DNA of 63,402 nt, filler included, from Octopus bimaculoides (GCF_001194135.2; 5 parts of 5 records of this genome joined end to end with filler, not necessarily neighbours in it), one strand, 5' to 3'. Shown: positions 36,960 through 50,780, counted from the first letter of the whole stretch. The notes: generated by a model from the letters alone, not told the origin. Numbers and translations: made by a program.

Positions 36960-37296
36960 TATAGGGGAGAATATACAAAAAATAACAACAGACGAGGACA
37001 GGTGGTGTAAATAACAAAAGTATATATTAGTATGACGCTCGGGAATACGGAAAGTCTTTGACGTTTCGAGCTACGCTCTTCAACAGAAAGAATACGGAGA
37101 CAAGGAGAAAAACACGGAGAAAAAAAATTGAATAGTGTTCAGTCAACGGTCAATCATAATAATGGCCGATCATAACAATGACTGACCGGAAGTTAGAAAT
37201 TCTTATTTCAGGAGAGCTAAGAAAGGGGGAGATAACAAACGGTGATCGGGAACGAGGGGCTGTGTGTGGGAGGTAGACTGCTGGTGATCTTGACGT
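36960..37296 (-). mobile_element. Penelope-like terminal region
   Basis: Homologous to 30264-30385; carries a hammerhead-like motif and ends in (TA)n. PLE assignment is inferred from the motif. Confidence 0.55.
37055..37091 (-). ncRNA. Minimal type I hammerhead ribozyme-like motif (variant core)
   Basis: 5'-TCTTT CTGTTGA A GAGC-GTA-GCTC GAA ACGT C | AAAGA-3'. Stem I TCTTT/AAAGA, stem II GAGC/GCTC, palindromic ACGT stem III, GUC triplet. Core is CUGUUGA instead of CUGANGA. Confidence 0.5.
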
Positions 37297-38525
37297 NNNN
37301 NNNNNNNNNNNNNNNNNNNNNNNNNNNNNNNNNNNNNNNNTTAATTAATTAANNNNNNNNNNNNNNNNNNNNNNNNNNNNNNNNNNNNNNNNNNNNTATA
37401 TATATATATATATGGGCATGTGTAGCTTTTTGCCGTTGTGTGTGTAATTGTGTTTGAGTCTATCCTTGTCTATTGAACAGTAAGCCATACTAACAACGAG
37501 ATGTCAAGGAAGTTGTCATTAATTATCTTTCTAAAGTAGGTTTTTAATATATTTTTTAAACTAAATTAATATTAGCATTTCTGCCGTAAAACAGAGATAA
37601 TGAATGTTTTGGGTATTTTAGAACTGAAAGATAACAAATGACAAATCAGACGGAAATTTGTTTTTGTTTTTAACCATTCAAATATTTATGTTATTTTTTA
37701 AACATACAACACGTAATTGAAGGTATATTATGAATAGCTGCTTTATGCTACAAATGTTGCACATGTCCAGGTCATACTTATATTTGAATATGTGATTCAT
37801 TAAAAAAACAATCCCTGTCGTTGAAAACAAAATAACTAGACTTAAGTTTGAAGTCGTATGTCTGTGGTATACGATGTATCGAGGAGCAAAGAATACAACA
37901 ATTTGCCGTTTGCAGATTTAAAGACAAAGATGTTTGTGCTCGTGCTTTGTTATTCTGAACACGAATCGCTTCCATATTCTTCCTCACAATTTTTCCTCTT
38001 TATGGCTTCTCGAGGCGTTTTTACTGCTTTAATATACCGCTTGCTGTTTGCAGTACAGATAAGTGCCAGACACTTAAGGAGAATGACACTCTTGTCAACC
38101 CTCAAAACACCCATCATTTATTTTAAACTTCATAAGTCTCAGAACAAAACGTATGAAGTCATTCTATGAACTGAGCCTTTATTTCTGATTCGCAAAATGT
38201 GCACACACGTGTTGTCTTCTGTTATCTGATCTGAAAAGATAATGTATCTTCATTGGCTTCGAACGTTACCAACAGATCAGGGCAGACTTCCACTCTTTCT
38301 CCATCAAATATGTCCAGCATATTCTGTAATGTGCTATGACACCAATATTGTGTAGCAAGTTCTGCTTGCTACCCATCACTTACTTGCTTTGGAGAAGCAT
38401 TACTATAGAGGAGGAGTTACTATATTAACGTGCAATTTCAACAATTTCTGTTTGTTAAAAATGTTATTCCTACTTTCGTATTACTTTTGATAACGCCGTT
38501 GTATATGTATGGATGTATGCATGCT

Positions 38526-38573
<48 letters not shown>

Positions 38574-38938
38574 CACATGTATGTATGTATGTATGTTTGT
38601 ATGTATGTATGTTTGTATGTATGTAGGTATACATGCATGAATGCATGCATCCATGTATGTATGTATGTATGTATATATGTATAAGCGTGAGTGTGTAAAT
38701 ATGTAGCAGTATGTATCAGACATTTGGTCCGTTGAATACAACTTTACTAATCGAAACTATATATTTGTATATATTTGTCATTCAGTATATATAACTGAAA
38801 TGTAGACTTTCCGATGCAATGTCTCATGATAATGAAAGTTTAATATTAGAATAGCATTATATTCATTCATTTATACATTGTTTTGCCTTTCTTTCATGGA
38901 GATACAACCATTCATCCATACATATAAAATCTTCCGCT

Positions 38939-39026
38939 CTCTCCCTCCCTGTCTCTCCCTCCCTGTCTCTCCCTCCCTGTCTCTCCCTCCCTGTCTCTCC
39001 CTCCCTGTCTCTCCCTCCCTGTCTCT
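38939..39026. repeat. 14-bp minisatellite CTCTCCCTCCCTGT running into gap
   Basis: Directly visible; resumes at about 39288. Confidence 0.9.
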
Positions 39027-39340
39027 NNNNNNNNNNNNNNNNNNNNNNNNNNNNNNNNNNNNNNNNNNNNNNNNNNNNNNNNNNNNNNNNNNNNNNNNNN
39101 NNNNNNNNNNNNNNNNNNNNNNNNNNNNNNNNNNNNNNNNNNNNNNNNNNNNNNNNNNNNNNNNNNNNNNNNNNNNNNNNNNNNNNNNNNNNNNNNNNNN
39201 NNNNNNNNNNNNNNNNNNNNNNNNNNNNNNNNNNNNNNNNNNNNNNNNNNNNNNNNNNNNNNNNNNNNNNNNNNNNNNNNNNNNNNCCTCTCCCTGCCTC
39301 TCTCTCCCTCCCTGCCTCTCTCTCTCTCTCTCTCTCTCTA

Positions 39341-39433
<93 letters not shown>

Positions 39434-39962
39434 TTCTCTAGCTAGCTGTCCATGTATTATTTATCTGTCTACAGATACACACACCCGCATTCAACAGATA
39501 TTGTGCGATAATCTGACATTTACAAAGAATACAATGTTGAAAACAACTCAGGTGAAAATGTATGCAATAATCATGTGCTGTGTATCCAGATATCCTTAAC
39601 TAATCGAATATAAATGACTTGGTCTACACCAGAGAAATCAGTCCTTGTTTAGCCCCAGGCCAACATTGATCATGCTGATATTTGGCTGCTATTTTTGTCT
39701 GTCGCATGAATGTGTTCAAAGATACACGTTGACACGCATGTGTCAATAATTGATTATTCTCTATTTATTAGTAGGAAGAATTAAAATTACCATTTCCATA
39801 TTTGATAAGAAAACATAACCTTCAATACATCAGCAAAGTGAAAAAATAATGATAGTTACTGAATAGCATCAGAAGCAGGTCTTGCACAGTATGGTTAGGT
39901 CTCTTTAAGTTAAAAGAACAAATCACAAAGTGGTCAACTTTATTTTTTCATCAATCATGTAT

Positions 39963-40092
39963 AGGCGGCCAATTGGCTGATTCTCCAAAGCGTTGGATAT
40001 GCGATAAATATCTTCTAATCATCCCGTTTTTATTTTCCTGCACTTCAAATCCTGCCGCGGTCAATTTTGCTTTTCATTCTTTCGGGATTGAG
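39963..40092 (+). mobile_element. Old Nin-domain-type SINE fragment
   Basis: aggcggccaattggc..cttcaaatcctgccgcggtcaattttgcttttcattctttcggg. Confidence 0.6.
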
Positions 40093-41386
40093 AGGTTGAG
40101 TAACGTTTCGGATGTAAAATCTTCTGGAAGAAATATACTGTGGTCAGGAATGTGGAGGGATGTGCTCTGGCAGATATAAAAGTGTGATAGACATGCTGCA
40201 CATTGTGAACTCGCCTCTACGGCTTCATCAGAAGTTAAGGGACAAAGCAAATTACTATATAATAACTGTTAAATAACACTGGGCTGGCCATGGTCAACAA
40301 ACATCTGACAACAGGTGCACAAAGTGAGTAGATTGTTTTGGAAGTCAGTAGATTGTTTTAAAAAAATCAACTGTCAGTTGGGGTTAGAGTGAATTAGAAA
40401 GCTATGATGACAATACAGATTTCAAACAAATAAAACATAGAAAACATAAGGACAGCCTTTATCCAAACAGAATTTAAGCAATGGGTAATGTGATTGAATG
40501 AAAGACTGGGGTCGATGTATTCTGACATTGGGCTCTTGTAATTTACAATGATTTACAAACATATGAGAGAACAAAGGCGGTCACTATGAACCGTGCAGGT
40601 CCATAATTTATTTAGTAAATCATTTTTAGACGAAAATCTTTCAACAATATCTGATTCTTTCTGTTTCTGTCTGTCTGCTTATCTGTCTGCCTCTTTGTGT
40701 GCTTGTCTGCCTCTCTCTGTCTGTCTCCGCCACACTCTTCCCCACTCTCTCTGTACCTCTCTCTTTCGCCTTGTGAAAATATACATTAATAATTGTTCAG
40801 TGAAATTATTGCACGATCCTTATATTAGAATATTTGTTATGCGAAATAATTTTCCTATTTTTACTTCCAAAAATATATAAATATGTGGAAAATATACTGA
40901 TCTCTATTAAAAAATAAAACTTGTTTTGGTCAAACAAATGTGTGACCGAAGAGAAACTTAATGCATCCTCAACCATTTTTCATTATTACATGCATACGTA
41001 CATACATACAAATATATATATATATANNNNNNNNNNNNNNNNNNNNNNNNNNNNNNNNNNNNNNNNNNNNNNNNNNNNNNNNNNNNNNNNNNNNNNNNNN
41101 NNNNATATATATATTAATTCATAACAGAATATAAGGATAAAAACCACGCTAATGATTTTTATGAGGTAGTTAGTATGCTATAAAAATGTATCGTCAATTT
41201 ATACGTTAAATTAATAATAATATACATATGTATGTATATATTATATTAAGACCACTTTTTAATATTTTTTCTCTAGTCCACTTTCAGCCATGTGTATATT
41301 TATCTGGAGTTTTTAGTAGTGTTTTGAAGGTATCTGCACTTCAAGCATGCTGGAGATGAATCGTTTTCGCCCTTGGTCCCTTAATA

Positions 41387-42658
41387 TTAGGTCAAGTATG
41401 AAATTTGTAGTAAGGTAGATGGTAAACTTTGACAGCTGCTCATTTTGCGCCATTATCATATTCTGACAATCCTTATCTTTTGTTAGAAAGCTGATGCATC
41501 TATTTCTTTATTCTATCACATTTTGCGCTTTATAAAGTATTTATAAGTTGTTTTTTGCTATTTTTGTTTAGAGATGGATAAATCGTAAATTCATACAGTT
41601 TTGAAATATGAGTTCTTTCTTGGGAATACAGCATCTCAGGCAGCTCGGAATATTAATGGAGTATTTCATTCTAATGTTATTACACACAGCAGACAATATC
41701 GAATTGGTTTGCAAAATTTCAATCTGATATCTTTGACCTCACAAATGAACGATGCGGTCGACCAGAAACATAGGTGGATAATGACGAACGGAAAGCCACC
41801 GTCGAGTTAGATCTATCTCAAAGTGCCCGTGAATTATCATTGTTATTTGGTGTTAGCAAGCAAACAATATTGACTCACCTAGTTCAAATCGTTAAAGTGA
41901 AAAATTTGGATAAGTGGGCTCCACATGATGTCAATGAAAATCAGAAACAGCAACGTTTGGAAGCCTGCATTTAGGTACTTTCTCGTCACAAAAATGAATC
42001 ATTTTTTGAATCGAATTGTAACTTGTGATGGGAAATGGATCCAATACAGCAACCGTAAACGTTCAGCACAACAGTTGGACAAAGACGAGTCACCAGAACA
42101 CAGCCTAAAAAGCAAAATTCATCAAAAGAAGCTGACGGTGTGTGTTTAGTGGTGTGGCAAAGTTGTGATATATTATGACTTTATGAAACCTGACTCATCA
42201 ATCACGGCCGAAATATATTGCAGCCAACTGGATTAAGTGATGCAGAAACTAACAAAAAAAAGCCAAAAAACAAAACATTCTAGATTAGTGAAAATATCCA
42301 CTCCTATTATATTGCATGACAACGGCAAACCACACATCTCAAAAATGATACTGGCAAAACTACAGGAGTAGGAGCTGGAAGTTCTCCATCATCCACTATA
42401 CTAACCACCTCTTACAGAATTTGGATTACTTTTTGATAGGAAAAAAATTAATCCCGACGATGTTGTAAAACAGGCCTTCCAAAGTTTTATCGACCCAAGA
42501 TTGCCAAGCTTTTAAATTTACGGATTAGACAAGCTACCGCTGAAATAGCAAAAGAGTATTGACAATATGGGTGCATACATTGACGGATAAAACTACTCCT
42601 TGTAGTTATAAAACATTAGCAAACCTTTTTTCTACAAATTTCATACTTGACGACCTAA
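41387..42658 (+). mobile_element. Full-length mariner (DD34D) element with TIRs and TA target duplication; transposase pseudogene 41574-42590
   Basis: TA|TTAGGTCAAGTATGAAATTTGTAG ... CTACAAATTTCATACTTGACGACCTAA|TA. Motifs KYEF..TASQAARNIN, LDKWAPH, RIVTCDGKWI, LLHDNGKPH, GAYID*. Multiple stops and frameshifts. Confidence 0.92.
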
Positions 42659-42737
42659 TAATTATATACATATGTATATCATTATTAATTTAATATATAT
42701 ATACAAACATATATGTATGTGTGTGTATTTATACATA

Positions 42738-42789
<52 letters not shown>

Positions 42790-42807
42790 TATCTATCNNN
42801 NNNNNNN

Positions 42808-42894
<87 letters not shown>

Positions 42895-44588
42895 ATGTAT
42901 GTATGTACGTATGTATAAATGCATAAATGCTTATTGATCGATACAAGAAGATAAATATTTAGCATCATTTACTGAAATAATATATTGAGAATTGTATGAA
43001 TGACGTTTATTTTAATTTCAGCTTCTCTGAAATCTAAGAATACTATGGTAAATCAAAATAAAATCATTGTTTCAAAATATGTTATTATAATATATATTAC
43101 TGAAAGTAATATGCATTCTAATAATTCCATCGAGAAGAGAATGTTCTTATATTTTCAATTGCAATTCATACAATAATATAACCCCAGGGTAGAATCCAAA
43201 TAAATTTTTACGGAATGAGCCAGAGAAATAAAGAATGAGAAAAAGACAGAGTGACAAGAGAAAAAAATAGAGTCAGAAGACAAGTTTCTATAGAAGATGA
43301 AAGACAGTGGGGGCGAGCGAGAGAAAAATGCTGATATTTCAGACCCTATGTATGTCCTATAGTTGAAAGTGAAAGAAAGCTGGTAGAAATCTTATACTGT
43401 ATTTATGTTCTAAAGGTGAAGGTAAAAGGAAGTTGGCACAAACAGAAGGGGGAAAGTGGGAGAGAAGGAGACGCTGAGAACCCCACAATCGAGATCGGAT
43501 TGCATATTTTCACTTTCGTCCCATGTTTCACGTGTGCGTAGAATTAGGCATTATCTCTCTTTTTCAATTTATGCTGTCAACATTTCACAACTTCACTACA
43601 TTTCCTTCTTTTGGAATNNNNNNNNNNNNNNNNNNNNNNNNNNNNNNNNNNNNNNNNNNNNNNNNNNNNNNNNNNNNNNNNNNNNNNNNNNNNNNNNNNN
43701 NNNNNNNNNNNNNNNNNNNNNNNNNNNNNNNNNNNNNNNNNNNNNNNNNNNNNNNNNNNNNNNNNNNNNNNNNNNNNNNNNNNNNNNNNNNNNNNNNNNN
43801 NNNNNNNNNNNNNNNNNNNNNNNNNNNNNNNNNNNNNNNNNNNNNNNNNNNNNNNNNNNNNNNNNNNNNNNNNNNNNNNNNNNNNNNNNNNNNNNNNNNN
43901 NNNNNNNNNNNNNNNNNNNNNNNNNNNNNNNNNNNNNNNNNNNNNNNNNNNNNNNNNNNNNNNNNNNNNNNNNNNNNNNNNNNNNNNNNNNNNNNNNNNN
44001 NNNNNNNNNNNNNNNNNNNNNNNNNNNNNNNNNNNNNNNNNNAAGGAACATTCAGTATTTTTTCAGAAAAATTAAACTTTCATAAACAAATAATATTTGC
44101 CACATTCGTAATCTCTGCATTTTTCCAGGTGGATAAAAAACAAAATTCGAAAAACAGTTTAAAATTAGGAAATTTCGGCGGGGAGGGGAGAAATTCTAAC
44201 TTTGAAAACGTGATTTCTGAGCAAAATCATTTTAACCCTTTTTTATTCGATTAAACAGTACATAGTTTGTGATACATCTTAAGAATATAAATCAATTTCA
44301 TGCAAATTGAACCCCCAACTTCAATTCTGGACAAACAATAACTTTCATTACGCCGGTAATCCAGTCCACTATATATCAGCTGACAGAATGCATTACGCTT
44401 ATCAATACAGAACGTAGCCAAATCATTCAGAGTTTATCGCTTCTTCTCATAATATCGGTATACAAAATGACATGAATTTTTCCACATCTCTTCATTCGTT
44501 ACTAAAAAATGAAATTATACAATGCACAACTTCAAATTGTTATGTCTTCCATCTTATATGTTCCTGAATCGGTCGCTCTTTTCAGCCA

Positions 44589-45290
44589 TGCCTCCCAAAG
44601 GAAGACATTCTAATTTATCTCCACAAACAAGGGCTGCAAAGAAAACTTCCTCTATTCGTGCTCCAGAAAACTCACTTCAGTGGTGCCCAAATGTACAATA
44701 TTTCAAAACGATCACTGACGGTGGAAGTTCTGTTCTAAACTACACTTATAATCTGGGATGAATGCAAGATGGCACACCGTGGTGCACTAGAAGTTCTAGA
44801 TAGATCACTAACGGATATTAGAAACAACAGTGCCATTATGGGATGGGGAATAACTGTTGTCCTCGCAGGGTATTTCCGTCAAATATTACCTGTCATACCA
44901 CGGAGTACGTGAGTTGACGAGGTTTATGCGTATTTGAAGTTTTCACCACTGTGGAGGTTTGTTCGTCAGCTTTCATTAAGCTCATCTCTCCAACGACCCC
45001 TTAGCTGAGGAATCCTCTCATTAACTTCTACAAATTGGAAATGGCGCCTTACCGTTGAATAACACCCTGAAACAGCATGTACAGCAATGTGGTCACATGG
45101 TGTCTACATTGGCCAAGCTTAAAGAAAAGGCATTTCCCACATTGCAAGATAACTTAAAAAACCATAGCATGGTTCGCAGAGAGAGCTATTTTAGCACCTC
45201 CGAATGAAAGCGCTAATAAAGTAGGCCATGAACTCCTCCACATTCCATCTAGAGATGCACCAACGTTTGTCTCCATTGATACTATATGTT
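44589..45290 (+). mobile_element. Helitron relic: N-terminus fused to Pif1-type helicase segment
   Basis: [64 protein letters not shown]. Start MPPKGRHSNLS. Confidence 0.85.
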
Positions 45291-45550
45291 CTTAAAATGT
45301 TCATGAGTTAGTATGTTAGCCGGTAATCAGTCGCTTGGGTTTATAAAAACGCTAGCCAATCGACACAAATCACACTCACACCTTTTATCTAATTAGCGGA
45401 CATGTTTAGACCTAAATAATTCTTAGCCAACGCTATGATAAATGGAATAATTTTGATCGGGATGACATATCGGCTTGCATATCTCACATAATCGAGCAGA
45501 GTTTAAATTTTCCATTAGAATTAACATAAAGGTAAACAAGAACAGCAAAC

Positions 45551-45613
<63 letters not shown>

Positions 45614-45623
45614 NNNNNNNNNN

Positions 45624-45673
<50 letters not shown>

Positions 45674-46112
45674 AACACACAAGCGTGTATGTATATATGT
45701 ATGTATGTATGCATGTATGTATGCATGTATGTATGTGTGTATGTATAGTATAAGTTTCGATGAAAAATGTAATTTATAAAACACTTTTGCCTACGTATTT
45801 AATTAGTTCACATCGTAAAAAAGAAAATCCATATAGTAATATGACGTTCAAAATGATTTATCCAATTACCATGGTTCATGTGTTTCAATAGTGGACTTTA
45901 TACAATATATCCACTATTTCGTCAGTAATTACAATTTAAATACATGTAGATAAATTTTACTTCAATTATAACATTAATTCCAATTTCAGTTGGTGAACGG
46001 GTGAGGCTATTTATTGTATGGACAATGAGTTCCTTATTCAAAGAGGTACTCTATTGTAAATTGAACAAATCCTTTAAATATCTACATATATATCTATATC
46101 AGAATCTATACT

Positions 46113-46171
<59 letters not shown>

Positions 46172-46884
46172 TCTCTCTCTTTCTCTCTCTCTCTCTCTCA
46201 CTGTCGCAATGTCATGCTACAATATTTGCATAATTTGATAAATACAATTCCTAAGTGTGTCTGCTGAAATACCTCTGTACAACTTCTATTGGTCAAATAA
46301 TTTTAGTGTCATTACTATCAATCTCACTTGAAATGTTCTCATTCCTAAGCAGTGTGGTATAATATTGACAACAATAGATTCTGTTCCTGTAGTATCATAG
46401 TCGATCAAATATGGGATCAGTCAATAAAGATAATAACGACATTGCGGAATTCTGAAATGTGCCAATCTATTGGAAAGGTTCGGTAGCTGATTAGAGAATG
46501 TATAATTCTGCATTCATTTGTATTTGTATATATATATATATATATATATATANNNNNNNNNNNNNNNNNNNNNNNNNNNNNNNNNNNNNNNNNNNNNNNN
46601 NNNNNNNNNNNNNNNNNNNNNNNNNNNNNNNNNNNNNNNNNNNNNNNNNNNNNNNNNNNNNNNNNNNNNNNNNNNNNNNNNNNNNNNNNNNNNNNNNNNN
46701 NNNNNNNNNNNNNNNNNNNNNNNNNNNNNNNNNNNNNNNNNNNNNNNNNNNNNNNNNNNNNNNNNNNNNNNNNNNNNNNNNNNNNNNNNNNNNNNNNNNN
46801 NNNNNNNNNNNNNNNNNNNNNNNNNNNNNNNNNNNNNNNNNNNNNNNNNNNNNNNGTGTGTGTGTGTGTGTGTGTGTGTGTGTA

Positions 46885-46925
<41 letters not shown>

Positions 46926-49421
46926 TCAAATAAAAGGCAAGAGTATATACGCCGCTAAAGTGACAGAAGGCGCCATTCAGCAGCCGTTTTTCTAGAAATA
47001 AGAGTCAGACCAACACATAACTACAATAAGCACCATCTTATTGACTGACAAGGGTGGCAAGATCCCTAAGCACCGAGCATAGCCAGATCACCAGTGATTT
47101 CGCATTTACATTAATGCTTGTCAGTGATTCTTTACCGTCGGCTTCGGTTAAGCTCTATTCGCCTTGTCAGCTTATAAGATCCCCGTAAAATCATACGCTG
47201 ATTTCATAAATAGTAAAGATGTAAACTATAAATAATAAGGACGGCTTGTTAGCAATTTTTCAATCAAATTTTTCAATCAAATATGCATACATATACAGGC
47301 ATACAGATATACATATACATAGATACACATAGACGTGCATATATATCCTAATGTCTAGATATAGAGAACCAGATGCAGATACTTACGTATATATATATAG
47401 AATACTCGAGACTAATACGTACACATTTACGCACATATATCACATGAATGTATGCACATGATGTTTATAACAATGTTTTTAATATTGTTTTTACAATAAT
47501 TATTTTTTATTTGCATTACTAAAATTCCCTTCATTGAAAATCCTCTTATTAATTTTGTTATTATTGTTTCCCATAATATTTTAAAAATTGGTCCGGTGTT
47601 CGTATAACATTATTTTGAGAATTTTTATTTAACAAACACTTGTTTTCACCTGACCATGTAGCTCAAATTCTGCATTATTGTGAACGAATTTTCTGCATTT
47701 TCCATTAATGAAGACATGTAAGTAATATGCTTATTAAATATGATAATATAAATAATTGGCATTTTTTTCAATTACGAAACTATTTGTCGTGGTTATAGGA
47801 TTGTTCTCATTGTTAAATAAAAGTTCATCAAAATATTTCCTTGTCACTTATAATTTTATATACTCCATACCTTTTTCTCAAGTATATTACTATATATTCT
47901 ATTTTGTTTGTACAATGATACATTAAAGTCTTTTTTTCAAAGAGTAATTCCGGATTACATGAACACACATACATGTATTATGTGTTGATGCAATGCCTAT
48001 ATAATATCTATATATACCGGTCTGATAAGTGCTAACACATGAAACTCTCGCTGTCTGAGTCTCTGTGTTGATTCTGCTAAATGTAAATATTAGGTAGATA
48101 GATAGATAGATAGATAGATATATAGATAAATATACATACATACATAATACATACATACATACATTCATACATACATACGTGTATACATACCTATCCTTAC
48201 ACACGTAACAAAATTATGTTAGTTAGCAAATACTCTAAAAGCTTCACATATAATCATGTATTTGAATGCGTGAGTGCGTGTATGTGTGTATCCCCTTTTT
48301 TTGTAAGCATATCATTGTATGATATTCTTGGATATTCACCGATGTAATTCAATTGTATGCATTCATACAAATACCAATTTGTCAACATTCTATAATTATA
48401 TATTTCTCAAGTATCTACGTCAGCAATCTATATCATGATGGCCTTTGAAGAGACACATAACACTTCTGCTCTCTCAACTAAAGCTCATAATACACCAATC
48501 TGGTCTTAAACCTAGAGTTATGGGGTTTTTGCTTGGTCACATAAAATATATATTAGGTTAATGCAATATGTCCCATTGCATACTAGTTTATATATATATT
48601 TATCTTTGAGTTGTTAGTGAAAATTGCCTTCTATTGACTAAAATTCTGTGCATATTAAATTCCTGTATCATTTGTAAGCTGCTGTAAAACCAGCAACTAT
48701 ATCACACGAATATCGATCAAGTATTCAGGGCATGGCTGGTATATAAATTAATATTAGATTTTAAGTTTATTATAGCACTATAAATTTAATATCATAGGGT
48801 ATATCTTAAATATTGATTTTATTCTGGAGACCAGTTCTGAATATCTGTAGTAAAAGCAGTTAGATGTGTTTCCTGTAGACCGAAGTCATGTGCTCATAAT
48901 TTATGTTTGTGTACATCGGAACCATATGGATGCGAATATTTCATGTAACACGTCTATCAATAATTTTGAAATTATTTCGTAGGATGGTCAGCTAGGTTCC
49001 ATTATATTGCAGAATCAAATTATAATGTTTTCCCCCCATTTGCTATGGTGTTTTAAATATTCAGTATTAGGTAGGTTCAGCACGGGTTTGCAAAAATAAA
49101 CCGACCTGTAACTTTGTTATTGCTTTAAAAATTACTTCAAAAATTAATATATGTATCAATAATCAATAGAGATTATAAAATCATAGAATTTTTACAACTT
49201 AAAAAAACAGTCTTTCTTCCGAGTTAGAGTTTTGTTGAGAATTATTTTACCTTTCAGTCATGAGGGAAGACCTACGAGATTTGTAGGATGAAGGAAGCAT
49301 TCTCAAACCGAAACAAAGCCCGGATTCTTGAAAGAGTGAAAATTCTACCAAAGACACACAAGATGTACATACATACATATATATACAGACATATATATAT
49401 GAATATATAAATATATGTATG

Positions 49422-49482
<61 letters not shown>

Positions 49483-49499
49483 GTATATATCTATGAACC

Positions 49500-49870
49500 C
49501 TAGATTCAATAACACTGTGTATAAACTATGTATTTGGAATGACCAATTTCAAAGACTGTTGAATTTTACTCATAGGGTATTGGAATCTTAATAATAGATT
49601 TACAAATGCAATAACCAATCTTAAAGACTATTAGATTTTACTCACAAGGTATTGGAATCTAATATGTATACTATTCTGACTAAACAATGGATTCACAAAT
49701 ACAATATCCCTACATTCACTCTCTATTTCCTATCTTATCTATACTAACTATTGCTTAAACATCCTTTCACACCGTCCTCGATGAAGGGATATAATATATA
49801 TCCTGGAAACAACTGTAAGACCTATTTATAAATGTTCTACATTATACACAGTCTTGGTTTTTTTTTTTTA
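49500..49870 (+). mobile_element. Probable Penelope-like terminal repeat region with ~72-bp internal direct repeat
   Basis: accaat..aaagact.tt..attttactca.a.ggtattggaatct at about 49542 and 49614; hammerhead-like motif at 49774-49821. Confidence 0.4.
49774..49821 (+). ncRNA. Degenerate minimal hammerhead ribozyme-like motif
   Basis: GTCC TCGATGA A GGGATATA-ATA-TATATCCT G GAAAC AACT GTA | AGAC. 8-bp stem II, GAAAC..GUA, stem I GTC/GAC; core and palindrome are mutated. Confidence 0.4.
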
Positions 49871-49900
49871 TCTCATTACGAAAAGTAAATCCCTATTTAG

Positions 49901-49931
<31 letters not shown>

Positions 49932-50348
49932 NNNNNNNNNNNNNNNNNNNNNNNNNNNNNNNNNNNNNNNNNNNNNNNNNNNNNNNNNNNNNNNNNNNNN
50001 NNNNNNNNNNNNNNNNNNNNNNNNNNNNNNNNNNNNNNNNNNNNNNNNNNNNNNNNNNNNNNNNNNNNNNNNNNNNNNNNNNNNNNNNNNNNNNNNNNNN
50101 NNNNNNNNNNNNNNNNNNNNNNNNNNNNNNNNNNNNNNNNNNNNNNNNNNNNNNNNNNNNNNNNNNNNNNNNNNNNNNNNNNNNNNNNNNNNNNNNNNNN
50201 NNNNNNNNNNNNNNNNNNNNNNNNTATATATATATATATATATATATATATCGGATATGCATCTATATATACATGTAGATGTAGGTATGTACATATATGT
50301 ATGTATATATGCATATGCTCATATATCATTTGTATTATTATATATATA

Positions 50349-50780
50349 CACGGTGTCCATAAAGTGTCTTTACAATTTCAAAAATATGTTGCAGAAGCCA
50401 ATAAGTAGATAGATCTGTGGAAATTAGGAAATTATTACAAAATGAAGAATAGATATTGAAGTGTTTCTTTGCTTCATTTAATCCACCTCTATATGGGTAG
50501 CATTAGTTGTACGAAGCACATCAAGACGGTAATCAATTTTTGCCATGTTCGTGTGTCGTAGCCTTATCAAGTGTCACAATAGCATCAGTGACTTTTTTGC
50601 TCCAGGACATTGATGACCCGTATCTTTGTTCGATACACAATGTGTTTAACATAACTCCCTAGAAATAAACCCAGGGGAATGATATCCGGGGAACGAGGTG
50701 GCCAGGGAATTGGGCCATCTCTTCCAATCCGATGGTCATGAAATGTATGATTTAGGAATCCATGAACATGCAGTCTCCAT
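50349..50780 (-). mobile_element. Tc1/mariner (rosa/DD41D-like) 3' end with TIR
   Basis: RWIGRDGPIPWPPRSPDIIPL..YVKHIVYRTKI..TWQ. Terminus TA|CACGGTGTCCATAAAG. Confidence 0.8.

Noticed and set aside
49285-49330. GGATGAAGG..CCGAAAC hammerhead-like spacing
   Set aside because: Core lacks the CU, stem II is only 2 bp and no stem I/III partners are found.
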